Shown: in pieces, positions 1 to 12,862 of the stretch
How the letters are laid out: the number at the start of each line of letters is the position of its first letter
Position numbering within the stretch: position 1 is the first letter of the stretch
DNA from: Eledone cirrhosa
Taxonomy: Eukaryota
Length of the DNA stretch: 64,000 bases
Assembly (NCBI GenBank): GCA_964016885.1
Contig: OZ024754.1
Span: forward strand, 29,698,001 to 29,762,000
Direction: 5' to 3'
Position numbers and translations under genes: made by a program
The notes under the pieces: model-generated
What the model was told of the DNA's origin: nothing
The model's database searches: none
The model's input: the letters and a program-made list of their open reading frames with translations, nothing else

Positions 1-432
1 ATGGATTAGGCTTGTATTCCTATCCTAGAGGGAACCAAATATGTATCCTTCATATTTTTTCTAGAAGAAAAGGGGCTTAATGACAGTATAAATAGTGTCA
101 CAGGGAGACTGTCTCCTTGAAATATACCCCTGTGATATTCTATTTTATCAGTGACGTTATTATCCTACTTCGCTGTGTTTAATTTCAGGAAGAAGATACG
201 ATCTCTATGGCTCTGATACTGGTATCTGGAAATTTAACAGATGCCTTCCTGTAGTTCAGTTTGAAGGTAACTAAGTTCTTCCTATGTTGCCACACCTCTG
301 ACATCACAGCTGCTTGCTCATCCATGATATTATTACTGTCGCAGTGATCTTGGAGAGATAGATTCAGGCAGGCTGTATGCATTTTATACATTAGGTTCTG
401 GCATGCAATGCGTCGGTAGCTTTTTGCCAAGT
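1..432 (-). pseudogene. Decayed R4/Dong-clade reverse transcriptase fragment (related to the family at 49.6-52.0 kb)
   Basis: Minus strand reads LAKSYRRIACQNLMYKMHTACLNLSLQDHCDSNNIMDEQA, aligning with LAKNYRPIACQNIMYKLYTGCLNLFLQDHCATNNIITPEQA of ORF 49680..51923. Positions ~75-137 read YHRGIFQGDSLPVTLFILSLSP, matching YQKGIFQGDSLSVLLFVLSLNP. The 5' truncation abuts a degenerate (GTAT)n tract. Confidence 0.85.
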
Positions 433-639
433 GGGTGTATGTATGTAGGTATATATGTATATAGGTGTATATGTGTGGAAATAACATTCTTGCATTCTCT
501 AGTGACTCAACGCTTAAGACATCGAAATGAATTATATAATCGCTACACCAGAATTTAATGACATTCAGCACACGAAGAAATAATCTTCGCTGCATTTGCG
601 AGATATATATTTCTACCATCAATATATTAAAAATAAACC

Positions 640-763
<124 letters not shown>

Positions 764-1024
764 CAAGAAGGGTCCGGGTAAATATTTCAATCATATCTCA
801 TTTTGTTTGACCCGTTTTAGCTTGTTCGCTATTTTGGCTATGGCGGTTAATGGCTTCTTAACCATCGTCTCAGCGTGTGTGACCTTTTTAACTTATGTTT
901 ATAGCTCTGGTATCTTCTTCAGTTCCATCGAGCGCTTGTCAGCACAATATGGAAGTTGCGTTTCGCTAATATATATACCCGCCGAAATGCGTTTCTCGCT
1001 AAATTATATTTGTATATATATATG

Positions 1025-1062
<38 letters not shown>

Positions 1063-1067
1063 GTATA

Positions 1068-1098
<31 letters not shown>

Positions 1099-1116
1099 TA
1101 TATTTTTAATATGATA

Positions 1117-1270
1117 TCCCTGAAATATATATAATGAAATAAATATGGTTTTATAAATGTAATTTCCATTTGTTTAATATCGTAAAATACTCCAAAATCT
1201 GTTGAGTGTTTTTATATCAGTTATAAAATATTTACTCGTTGTAACCCAACATTTTAAATAAAACTTCTGC
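1117..1270 (+). mobile_element. Terminal fragment of the hammerhead-bearing PLE-type repeat seen at 63441-63920
   Basis: GAAATATATATAATGAAATAAATATGGTTTTATAAAT...TGTTGAGTG...ATCAGTTATAAA...CTTCTGC is colinear with the reverse complement of 63441-63602 and ends in (AT)n. Confidence 0.7.
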
Positions 1271-1342
<72 letters not shown>

Positions 1343-1393
1343 TTTTGCGGTTCGTTTCGCATTTTCTACCCGCCGAAATATATATATATATAT

Positions 1394-1880
<487 letters not shown>

Positions 1881-2050
1881 AATATATATATTTATATATA
1901 TTGTTATACTTTGGGAGGGTCGTGTTGCCAATAAGAAACACACGCACCAGTGCTTTCACTTCAATTTATTATAATAAATTTATAAATTTAGGAATTTATA
2001 AATTTCCTGTTGATTGGTTGGTTCCACAACCAGATGGTTGTTTATATATT

Positions 2051-2093
2051 GTCAAAGTTCTTTCGTCACACATTCTGTGACCTCTTCAGTGAC
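2051..2093 (-). ncRNA. Minimal type I hammerhead ribozyme motif (PLE-1 inverted arm)
   Basis: Reverse complement: GTCA-CTGAAGA-G-GTCACA-GAATG-TGTGAC-GAAA-G-AA-C-T-T-TGAC (helix I GTCA/TGAC, 6-bp helix II, minimal helix III). Confidence 0.75.
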
Positions 2094-2297
2094 TGGGGAT
2101 TCTTTTCTTTGTTTTTTTCCTGCCTCTCCTTTGTTCTGTCCTACGCCATCTTGTTTGTGTGTGTGTGTTGTGTGCTTAGTTTGCGCAGGTGGTACATCCG
2201 GGTGTCTGTGTGTGTTTATATTCGTTTATTTATTTGTTTATTTACATGCTACCGGTTGGTTGTTTGTTCTATGTGCGTGTGTGTTTTCATTTTGTCC

Positions 2298-2727
2298 TTA
2301 ATTGTAAGTTATGATGTTGCTGTTCCACTCATGTTTTCTATTTAATTTTGGTTGTAATTCTTTTATGTTTATTGCTTCTGTGATTTGTCTAAACATTGCG
2401 TCTTTTCTGTGTGTAGATTCTATTTTTATTTCTATGTTCTCTAATTTACCCTTATGTTCTATTTTAGCATGTTGGTAGAGTACAGATGATTCTTTACTAT
2501 CTTGAAGGTCTCGCCAGTGTTCATTTATCCGTTCCCCTATACTACCAGCTGTCTCACCTATGTACACTATATTTTTATCTCTACATTGTCCTTCAGTACA
2601 TCTTATGCTATATACTACATTTCTAGTTTTACAGTTAATATGGGGGCTTAATTTACAGATTATACATTTCTTGTTTATACAGAGAGGTCTTTGAAAAGGG
2701 TATGTCTTGCTAATAAGTGTTTTTATG
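2298..2727 (-). CDS. Uninterrupted GIY-YIG endonuclease domain in the inverted PLE-1 arm
   Basis: CIICK...CKTRNVVYSIRCTEGQC...VYIGETAGSIGERINEH...RQITEAINIKELQPKLNRKHEW. The frame stays open to the native stop. Expression is not shown. Confidence 0.7.
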
Positions 2728-4568
2728 AGCAGTGACCCTGTCACAGGACCACCAACACGGCCAGTCTGTGGAGCTAACATTGCGAGTAACTACAGACTGT
2801 CCTATTTCCTCTCCCTGATCATACGCCCCATCATTGAAATGTCCTCAGATGTATGTGACAGCACGGAGGACCTCCTCAGCAGAATCGGCGAGAGTAACTG
2901 CTCTAGGGACCTAACAAACTGCATAATAGGTAGTATGGATGTTGTGTCCTTGTATCCATCTATTGACGTGGATTTTGCTGTGGAGAAATGCGTAGAAATG
3001 ATCAGTGAGAGCAATGTTGAATTCCGTGGGATTGATACCAGTGAGCTGGGACTCCTACTTAAACTTACCTATAGTAATAATTATCTAGACACATATGACC
3101 TTAGCAACCTGTGCCCTACAAGACCAGCAAGAGGCAGACCACCTACCATTACCTCAATGGCCAACAAAGCCCACACAGATAGATGGAATGGGTGGACCAG
3201 AGCCATACGGACCCCCGAAAACCACGATGAACTAAAGAAAATGATTGCACATGCGGTGAGGGCCTACATAAAATTAACCCTTAAGGAACATATGTTCAAA
3301 TTTAATGGAAAAACATATGCCCAAGAGGAGGGAGCAGCCATTGGTGTTAGCATTGCAGGCGACATAGCTAACCTATTCAGGGTATGGTGGGACAGTAGAC
3401 TTAAACTTAAACTTAAAGAACAATTAGAAGACCCCTTAACCCTGATAATTTACTCCCGCTACGTTGATGATATAAATATCGTAGTTAAAACACCCCCACT
3501 AGAGAACAGTCAGGAATTAGAGAAAAACACAATGGAAAGCATCCAGCAAATAGCTAACTCCATCCACCAGAGTATTAGAGTTATTATAGACTACCCAAGT
3601 AAACACCCCAACCATCGATTATCTGTACTAGACACAGAGCTCTGGTTAGATACCATTAATAACAAAAAACAAATCCTCCATTCCCATTATGCCAAACCCA
3701 TGACTTCCAAACATCTGATCCACCGAAACTCAGCTGTTTCGGACCATACCAAAATCAACATACTGATTGCGGATTTGGTACGGGTGATGAGAAACGTGTC
3801 CCGCATGAGAGACACATACAACACTTCATCCACCGTATGCAGTTCTCTGGTTACAATCAGAGAGATAAAATCAGAGTGTATAGAGGAGCCAGAACCAAAT
3901 GGGAAAAAATGGTAAATAATGACACAAATGGGACCTGCCCCTTGTATAGGAGCAAATTTTGGAATAGAATAGAAAGAACTAGGAATAAGGCTAATAGAAT
4001 AAACTCATGGTATGATAGCAATAAATACCAGAGTGTAATGTTCATCGATACAACCCCTAGAGGTGAATTAGCTTACAAATTTAGAAGCGCCCTAGATACA
4101 CATAAACTCAATATTAAGATAGTAGAAAGACCAGGTACCTCCATAAAAACACTTATTAGCAAGACATACCCTTTTCAAAGACCTCCCTGTATAGATAAGA
4201 AATGTATAATCTGTAAATTAAGCCCCCATATTAACTGTAAAACTAGAAATGTAGTATATAGCATAAGATGTACTGAAGGACAATGTAGAGATAAAAATAT
4301 AGTGTACATAGGTGAGACAGCTCGTAGTGTAGGGGAACGGATAAATGAACACTGACGAGACCTTCAAGATAGTAAAGAATAATCTGTACTCTACCAACAT
4401 GCTAAAATAGAACATAAGGGTAAATTAGAGAACATAGAAATAAAAATAGAATCTACACACAGAAAAGACCAATGTTTAGACAAATCAGAGGCAATAAACA
4501 TAAATGATTTACAACCAAAATTAAATAGAAAACATGAGTGGAACAGTAACATCACAACTTACAATTAA
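2728..4568 (+). pseudogene. PLE reverse transcriptase plus C-terminal GIY-YIG endonuclease (frameshifted, premature stops)
   Basis: RT motifs GSMDVVSLYPSID, YAQEEGAAIG, YSRYVDDI and HYAKPM. Frameshift at ~3800-3830. GIY-YIG NVVYSIRC...YIGETARS...R..EH. TGA at 4353 and further lesions downstream. Confidence 0.92.
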
Positions 4569-4773
4569 GGACAAAATGAAAACACACACGCACATAGAAC
4601 AAACAACCAACCAGTAACATGTAAATAAACAAATAAATTAACGAATATAAACACACACAGACACCCGGATGTACCACATGCGCAAACTAAGCACGCAACA
4701 CACACACAAAAACAAGATGGCGTAGGTCAGAACAAAGGAGAGGCAGAAACAAAAACAAAGAAAAGAATCCCCA

Positions 4774-4816
4774 GTCACTGAAGAGGTCACAGAATGTGTG
4801 ACGAAAGAACTTTGAC
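4774..4816 (+). ncRNA. Minimal type I hammerhead ribozyme motif (PLE-1 3' pLTR)
   Basis: GTCA CTGAAGA G GTCACA GAATG TGTGAC GAAA G AA C T T TGAC, with predicted cleavage triplet CUU. Hammerheads in PLE pLTRs are established. Confidence 0.78.
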
Positions 4817-5024
4817 AATATATATACAACCATCTGGTTGTGGAACCAACCAACCAACCGGAAATTTATAAATTCCTAAATTTATAAATTTATTATAATA
4901 AATTGAAGTTAAAGCAACTGGTGCGTGTGTTTCTTATTGGCAACATGACTCTCCCAAAGTATAACAATATCGGTTTGAACACACGTTTTCAGATAAAGAA
5001 TCTTGCTAATCAAATTCAGAAACG

Positions 5025-5132
<108 letters not shown>

Positions 5133-6741
5133 CTATACATATATATATATATATATATTTATATATACATACATTCATACATACATGCATATGTGTATAA
5201 TATATAAAATAAATACTCGTGGATTTTGCATATAATGTAAAGCAAATATTTAAACTATTTAATACAATTGTTTAAATTGAGCAGTTTATATTTTTTACCC
5301 GATAAATATGTATTTGTTGGAACACTTCATCTTTTAGTTACATTAAAATATGTCTTTCATGTTTCAAGCTAACAGGTTTATGACTCCTTCGATATGAACA
5401 TGAACATTATTCCAGCTTTCAGATCAATATTTCGCGTAGCTATATCGAATTTGCTTTACGTCATTCAGATATGTAAAACATATGTCAACATGCAAGCGGG
5501 CAAACACACACACACATACACACACCACACGCGCATACACATATGTGTATGAGTGTGTGTATGCACGCATGTATGAATATATGCATTTGGTGTATGTATG
5601 GATGCATGTTTGTATACATGCATGGATGTATATGCTTGTATGTGTGTGGATTTATGTATATATGTATGTATTGTGAATGTCTACGTTCTAGTTTATAACC
5701 ACCATCCAATATCGGTATGAGTTTCTGACAATTTGGTCACAACAATAAAGTCCCCATGTTAATCATCCCATTTGTAGGTTTTTACATTGCTGTGTGAATC
5801 TTATTTATAATAGGTATACCATATCATAAGAAGTGATTGGATGGATTGACGCCAGAAAAGTCATCCGACCGTAAAGAATTACCTCGAAAGGAATCCCATG
5901 ATTTTATATGAAGCTTATCAAGGGACCTGCAAGTCTAACCCAGGCTTTAGCGGAAGAAATAACATTAAAACATCTGCAGTTTCTTGCAGATTTCCACGAT
6001 CACACCTAGGTAGATTGAAGTTGGTGTTTCATTTATGTATCATTACACTAGACAGATGGTATGTGATTTCTCTAGAGATTACTATTGAAAGTTGAACTTT
6101 TAATCACTAAATGTATACACCACCAATCAGGGATATATTTTAGATTCTATTTATTCTTATCACTATGATATTTTATCGTATTGTGTTACGAGTATTATCT
6201 CCGGCATTAATCTAGAGAGTGATAAAGTAATCTAGAAACGTTGATAATCTATTTGATATATTTAACGGGCTATTCAAATTGCACAGAACTGATACGAAAA
6301 TATTAATAAAGTGTGCTAAAAAGATAAAACATGAATGCACTCAAGCTTAGACTTCACCATGATTAAAGGAAACCTTGGTCCATATAGAGCTTGTGATGTT
6401 CCTTCATCATGGACATTTATAACATATATTTATATCTCATTATTGTAAGCAGATGCAATGTGATTTTTCTAGGGATTACCGTTAAACGTTGACATTTTTA
6501 TCACTGTAATCTTCATTGCAACTAGAAGTAAAGACGTTGCAACTAGAAGTAAAGACATTGGCAGTACGTAGATCATTGTAGTGTCATGCTACAGAATAGT
6601 TCTATTAATGTGGATTTATCATCACCATGTTATCGTTATCTCCATTATTTTATTGTATATTTTATTGTTTTTCACCACCCTAGTATTCACCAGAACAGCC
6701 TTTTGCTAACTTCATTAACTAGTGTTTCATTTATCATCATT

Positions 6742-6776
<35 letters not shown>

Positions 6777-7091
6777 TATTATATGATACACCATCTCTCT
6801 TTTCTCATCATCACCGTTACCTCCATTAATTTATATACACTAACTTACCCATTTTATTTATTTTCTTCGCCATTTCTACACTGTTCATTTTGTTTATCAT
6901 CTCCTATTTATCATCATCATCACTATCTAGCACTTTCAACATCATCACCATAAGCAGCATGAATGTTAAAGCTTCCTTTAAAATTCTATCTAATTGGAAC
7001 ACACTCGCCCATTACATTTCATTCTATCATCATCATCATTATAAACACATCAGCTACTCACATGAATCCCGATTTCTTGTCAACACTTACC

Positions 7092-7116
7092 TTTCTTCTT
7101 CTTCTTCTTCTTCTTC

Positions 7117-7190
<74 letters not shown>

Positions 7191-7202
7191 GTTGTTGTTA
7201 TT
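7092..7202. repeat. (CTT)n(TTA)n(GTT)n microsatellite: tail/target of the Dong array
   Basis: Directly visible. Further (TTA)n spacers lie at ~11658-11704, 12735-12862, 16111-16178, 16731-16802, 20054-20124, 20677-20754, 21699-21737, 26207-26268 and 36097-36150. Confidence 0.97.
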
Positions 7203-10200
7203 CCTTGAATCTCAGTCATTGATGTTGGTTAACTGGAAAGTCCGTTGGGTTGAATATCAAGCCACTACCTGCAGCCTCAGATATTCAGGACGTATCGGAG
7301 GGTTCTTGCTGTTCCAAGCAAGCATGCCTTTTGAAGCGTTCCAAAAAGCGTGAAGGGGCCGATTTTCTTTAACCATCCCTGGAAACTTTTGGAGATAGTC
7401 CCCAGTGCGCCTATGACAATCGGGATCACTTTGACTTCATGGCAGTTCCAAATCCTTTTCACCTCCCACTTTAGGTCCTGGTATCGGTTAATTTTCTCCC
7501 TCTCCTTCTCTTGCACTCTCGTGTCGAACGGGCAGGCCACATCCACAATCAGACACGATCTTTTTTCTTTGTCCACAACCACCAGGTCAGGTCTATTGTG
7601 TTCCAGTTTTTTGTCCGTCTGTATCCTAAAATCCCACAGCACCTTCACCTGATTGTTCTCCATCACCGCCTCTGGCCTATGCTCATACCATTTCTCAGAA
7701 TGTGGTAAATTGTTTACTTTGCACAGGTGCCAGTGGATCACCCTGCCCATCACATCGTGTCTCCAGCCCTTGTAGTGGGTCTGGGCTAGGTGTTTACACT
7801 CGGACACAATGTGAGCCACAGTCTCCTCTCTCTCTCCACACATCCTGCACAGTGGGCTAGCCTCCTCCTTGTAGATATGGTGCTTCAACCACTTCGTTTT
7901 GAGGGCCTGCTCCTGCGCAGCCATTAGCATTCCTTCTGTAGCCTTTTTGAGGTCTCCTCTTCTCAACCAGTTCCATGTCTGTGGATCTCTAAATTCAGTT
8001 TTCTCAAAGAAGGTACTATGAAGGGATTTCCCTTAAGGCTGCTCTTCCTCCTTGATGTTATTTCCTCCTTGGACATCCCCTGGCCTACTGTCCCCTCCTT
8101 CAGTACAGTTCTGAGCATTGGCTCCTTACTATAGGTCACGTATTTGTATAGGTTGTTTTTCTCCATCTGAACACAGTCCTCTATGCTGATAAGACCTCTT
8201 CCACCCTCAGATCTCCTTAGGTAGAGTCTATCGACATCACTCCTCTTGTGGAACATGTTGTAGATAGTCAATAGCTTCCTAGTCTTCCTATCCATTTCTT
8301 TTTGTTCAGCAACATTCCATCTCAGAATTCCTGCACTGTACCTAATAATAGACACAGCTCGGGAATTTACTGCGCTTATGGAATTTCTGCTGTTCAGATG
8401 TGACTTCAATACGCTCCTTACTCTCCGAATGTATTCAGTTCTTAACAATTCCTTCATTTATTTGTTCTTTATGCCATCAGCTTCCAGAACGCCCAAATAC
8501 TTGTATCCTTCCTCAGAGTCAATTTCCTTTATCATCTCACCTGTTGGTATCTGGATCCCGTTACTTCTGCTCAACCTACCCCTCTTCATCACAATGACTC
8601 CACATTTACCAATACCAAACTTCATACATATATCACTGCTGAAAATACGGACAGTGTCAACAAGCACATCCAACTCCTTACTTTTCCCGAAGAGCTTAAG
8701 ATCGTCCATGAAGAGGAGCTGATTGATGGTAAGCTCTCCCCTTCCTAACTTGTATCCTGCTCTCACTTTTCGCAGCATAATGGTCAAGGGCATCAGGGCA
8801 AGGACAAACAACAGAGGGGACAGGCTATCTCCCTGGAAGATACCTCTCTTGATCTTCACGCTTCCCAAGGATACTCCAGTTGATGTCAACTCTGTCTCCC
8901 AGGACCCCATACTCCTGCCTAGCAACTGTCTGATGTTATCTGCCACCCTGAAGATCTCCAGGCTTTTGGTGATCCAGGAATGAGGCACCATGTCAAATGC
9001 CTTTCTGTAGTCTATCCATCCCATGGCAAGATCAGTGTGTGTCCTGCAATTCCCCATTACCATCTTATCAATAAGTAACTGGTCCTTTGTACCACGTGAC
9101 TTCTTTCGGCATCCTTTCTGTTCGTCCGGTAACAAGTTGTTTGTGTGGAGGTGATGGTAGATTTCCTCAGACACAATGCTCGTCAACAGTTTCCACATTA
9201 CGGACAGACATGTGATAGGTCTATAGTTGGTAACATCATTACCCTTGATTCGGTCTTTCATTATCAGAACTGTGGTACCTTTTGTCAACCACTCTGGCAC
9301 CTCACCCGACACCAAGCAGTCATTGAACATGGCCGTCAGCTTCGGGTGGAGGGATGTTAAATGTTTAATCCAATACCCCTGCACACCATCTGGGCCTGGT
9401 GATTTCAAGTTGGTTAGTTTTTTGGCCTGCCCCTTAAGAGTTTCAACTGTGATACTCAAATCAGTTTGTTGTTGTGCCTGCTCACCGATCTCCCTCTGTA
9501 CTGTCTCAATCAACCCTGCCTGGGCATTGTGTCTAACATCCTGCTCCCATATTCCTCTCCAGAATGTTTTAGTTTGCTCCGCCCCAGGAATCAAGTCGTT
9601 GCCTCTTTCTTTCCCCTCAAGCTGTCCAAACAGCATCTTCTGGTTGTTGTCGAATATGCGGTTCTGTTTATACTGACTGACTCTGTTCTCGTATCGCCTG
9701 ATTTTTGCACTCTTTGCTACAATGCGTTGCTTTAGTTCCTCTATGATAATATTTAGCTTTTTCCTCCTAGTTTTGTATTTTATTTCCAGTCTATTTTTAG
9801 TGCCTATGTTTTTTAGTGTCCCATTCAGTAGTGACTCAAGCTTTCCTATGTCATTTCTCATTTCCCCGATTTGCCCACTCAGTCGTTTCTTCCACCACGG
9901 CTCTGCTCTTTCTTGTCTGTTGTTTCCTCTCGCTTTTATACCAAGTAGTTTCCTCACCGTATTTGCTGTTGCTTTGAGGATATTGTTGCACTGGTGAAGG
10001 CTCCTCGCCTCAAGGTATGGGATGACTTTGTTTACCTTAGCTGTTGTTTCTTTTAACTTTTTCCTGTCTACAAATCTTAGGTTCATAGGTCTCCCACTAT
10101 CATTGTTCAATTCATCTACCACTAAATTTAGGATGTCAACCGAATCTTGTCCTAGCCCGTCAGCATTCATCTCCTCAGTGGCCGTATCTCTGTTCCAGGT

Positions 10201-11650
10201 ATTATTTATCTCAGTATTCAGATCATTGTCTGCTTCGTGTGGTTCTTCCGTTCTCAGGACCTCTTCACCTTCATTTCCCACTGGCTCGCTTGTCTGGCAT
10301 ACTACACCCGGCATCTCCAAGCCATTCTCTCTGCTCAGTTCCTCCAGTTCCAGCTCGCTTATCCATCCATTAGTTCTTATTACCCGAGCCTGCCCGGCCA
10401 ATTTTTGTTCATCTAATTTAAATAAACCAATCTCGTTCCAGATGTTATGCATCCGTCTCCTGTAGCCCCTCTCCTTGGGGTTACTTTTCAGGTAACATTG
10501 CATAACAGTTCTATTCAATTCTTTCGTCCAGTTGGTTCTGGCCCCTTTCCTTCTTCTCCTTCCTCCAACATCAGCAGTATTTGGTTGACAGTCAGGTTCC
10601 TGCTGCTGAGCCAGGGGGCACCTGTTGGGTGAGAGTCTGTCACATGACGTTCTAGTCTCCATTTCACCGTTATTCGAACTGTTTATGTTCGATATTTAAA
10701 CACTCTTATCGAGGATTGGCGAATGTATGGTTACATATCCATCTGTGGATCCGCCATTCCACTTGGCCCTTGTGTGGCATTATCACCACGCTGTATACGA
10801 ACACACATAAACAAACAAACACACAGGCAGAAAGGGCCCCAAAAATGAATAAGCATAAGTTTCATTGTAATGTAGTGTTCGAATGTCTGACTTAGTTTTT
10901 GTTTTTTAAGTTTTAGTTTTTCCCCCCTCTTCTCTGTCCGTCCGCCTGCTTCTCTCTTCATTCTTATTTTCTTTACGTTTTTTGTTTTCTTTTGTTTTTT
11001 TTTGTTTTTTTTTGTTTTTCTCTGTTTGTTTTTCTCGTTTTTTGCTGTTGTTGCTGTGCTGCTTTGGTTTTGTTGTTTGTTTTTTCTTTTTTCTTTTGAG
11101 TCTATCTATATATTTTGATGCCTTCCTCTTTTTTAGCAGTAGGGATATATAATGTGGTGGCAGCAGCCAGCTTGGAGAGGTGGTAGACTGGCGGCGGTAG
11201 CGATACTGAGACAGTGGTGGTGGTGATGTCGATACCGAGGCAGTGGTGGCGGTGATGTGACCGTATTACTGTAGTGATGGTGCTGTAGCGGTGGTAGCAG
11301 TGAAGGAGTGAAGGGGTGGTGGCGGCGGTGATGGGATAATGGTTGTAATGATGGCCGTAGTGAGCGGTGGTGGTTTAGTGTACACAGGTGATGGGGTGGG
11401 TGGTGTATCTAGTTTCTGGTGTTGGTGAGTTTGGCTGTTCTATATAGTGTAGACAGAGGAGGAGGGGGGGTTCTTCTTCCATTTATAGCCATTTTCTTTT
11501 TTGGATATACAGTGTACAATACAAAGTTGAATATTTGAATATTTGAGCCTTATAACAATATATTTTGGGTCCGAATTTTTTGGGGCTCAAGCCGGGTGCT
11601 TTACGTAGCATTTGTACTAAGAGTTGTTATTTCACAAATGATTTAAATAT
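7203..11650 (-). mobile_element. R4/Dong-clade non-LTR retrotransposon, family A, copy 1 (full-length, disrupted ORF)
   Basis: Colinear with intact copy 8 including the ~1-kb 5' UTR. The ORF is split into 8458..10662, 7963..8457 and 7277..7966 by a stop and a frameshift. (TAA)n lies on both sides in element sense. Confidence 0.95.
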
Positions 11651-11657
11651 GTTAAAA

Positions 11658-11704
<47 letters not shown>

Positions 11705-11705
<1 letters not shown>

Positions 11706-12735
11706 TGCATTTATCTTGCTTTATGTTCATACGAGTTATCACCAAGTCACAACCAGTGACCTCAAGAGACAACAAGGTCCGCCAAGGTTCATCAAGGAAG
11801 AACATACATACTCACACATGCATCTTTAGTGTTTAGACTTGTGATGTACTTATATTGACAGAATCTTCCTTAGTATATGGGCAGTTCCCATTAGTACTAT
11901 CTTTTGTATTTCTCCTATACGCGGGTTTCCTGGGATCTGCGATAAGTAATCATTAGACCCCTTAGGTATCATTCCCAGAGCGCCTACAACCACTGGTATT
12001 GTTTTAGTTCTCAATTTCCACATTTTTCCAATTTCTATCTCCAGGTCCTTATACTTGCTCAATTTTTCAAATGTTTTTATAGATACATTCTTGTCTATTG
12101 GAACAGACATATCAATTAGCAGGCAAACCCTCTTTTTAAAGTCCTTCAATATTATATCAGGTCTATTTGCATCTATTTTTCGGTCTGTTTGGATGCTAAA
12201 GTTCCACAAGATTGAGATGTGATCTTTTTCAAGTATGGGAGGTGGTTGATGCTCCCACCAATTCTTTTGATGGGGCAGGTCAAAATGCTTACACATTATC
12301 CAATGTATGTATTGTGCAGCTCTGTCATGCCTGTTTAGGTATTCGGTTGGAGCTATAGGACTGCACATTGAAATTATATGGTCAATGGTCTCTGGTTGTT
12401 TTTTGCATACACGGCATAATGGGCTGCATCCATTTTTTATTATGTTGGCTTGGTAATTTTTTGTTGGCAGACACTGATCTTGTGCTGATATAATCAGTCC
12501 TTCAGTCTCCGATTTCAGTCCAGAGGATGCCAACCACTGATGGGTTAAAGTTTTGTCAACATCAGGATTGTTAGCTCGCTCTGGGTATTTTCCATACAGA
12601 GGCTTTTCTTGCCATTTCTTAGCCAGTTTCTGTAGCAATTCTTTCTTTGCAGTTACTTTTACCTGCTTTGCTTTTTCTGTGTTTTCCATTTCAGCAGTAA
12701 ATGGGACTTCTGAAATTTGTAGTCCATTACTGTAT
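11705..12735 (-). mobile_element. R4/Dong-clade family B, 5'-truncated (CCHC zinc finger plus restriction-like endonuclease)
   Basis: GLKSETEGLIISAQDQ...CRVCKKQPETIDHIISMC...RHD...RPDI...IDMSVP...KLSKYKDL. Clearly diverged from family A, with its own 3' UTR (11705-11849) and a (TAA)n tail. Confidence 0.92.
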
Positions 12736-12738
12736 CTT

Positions 12739-12849
<111 letters not shown>

Positions 12850-12862
12850 GTTATTGTTATTC

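Noticed and set aside
764-900. Possible decayed hammerhead on the minus strand (CTGAGACGA...AAAACGGGTC)
   Set aside because: Core and helices are too degenerate to support a call.
10731-10961. 76-aa upstream ORF conserved in both full-length Dong copies
   Set aside because: Short, with no recognisable domain. Conservation is explained by recent common ancestry.
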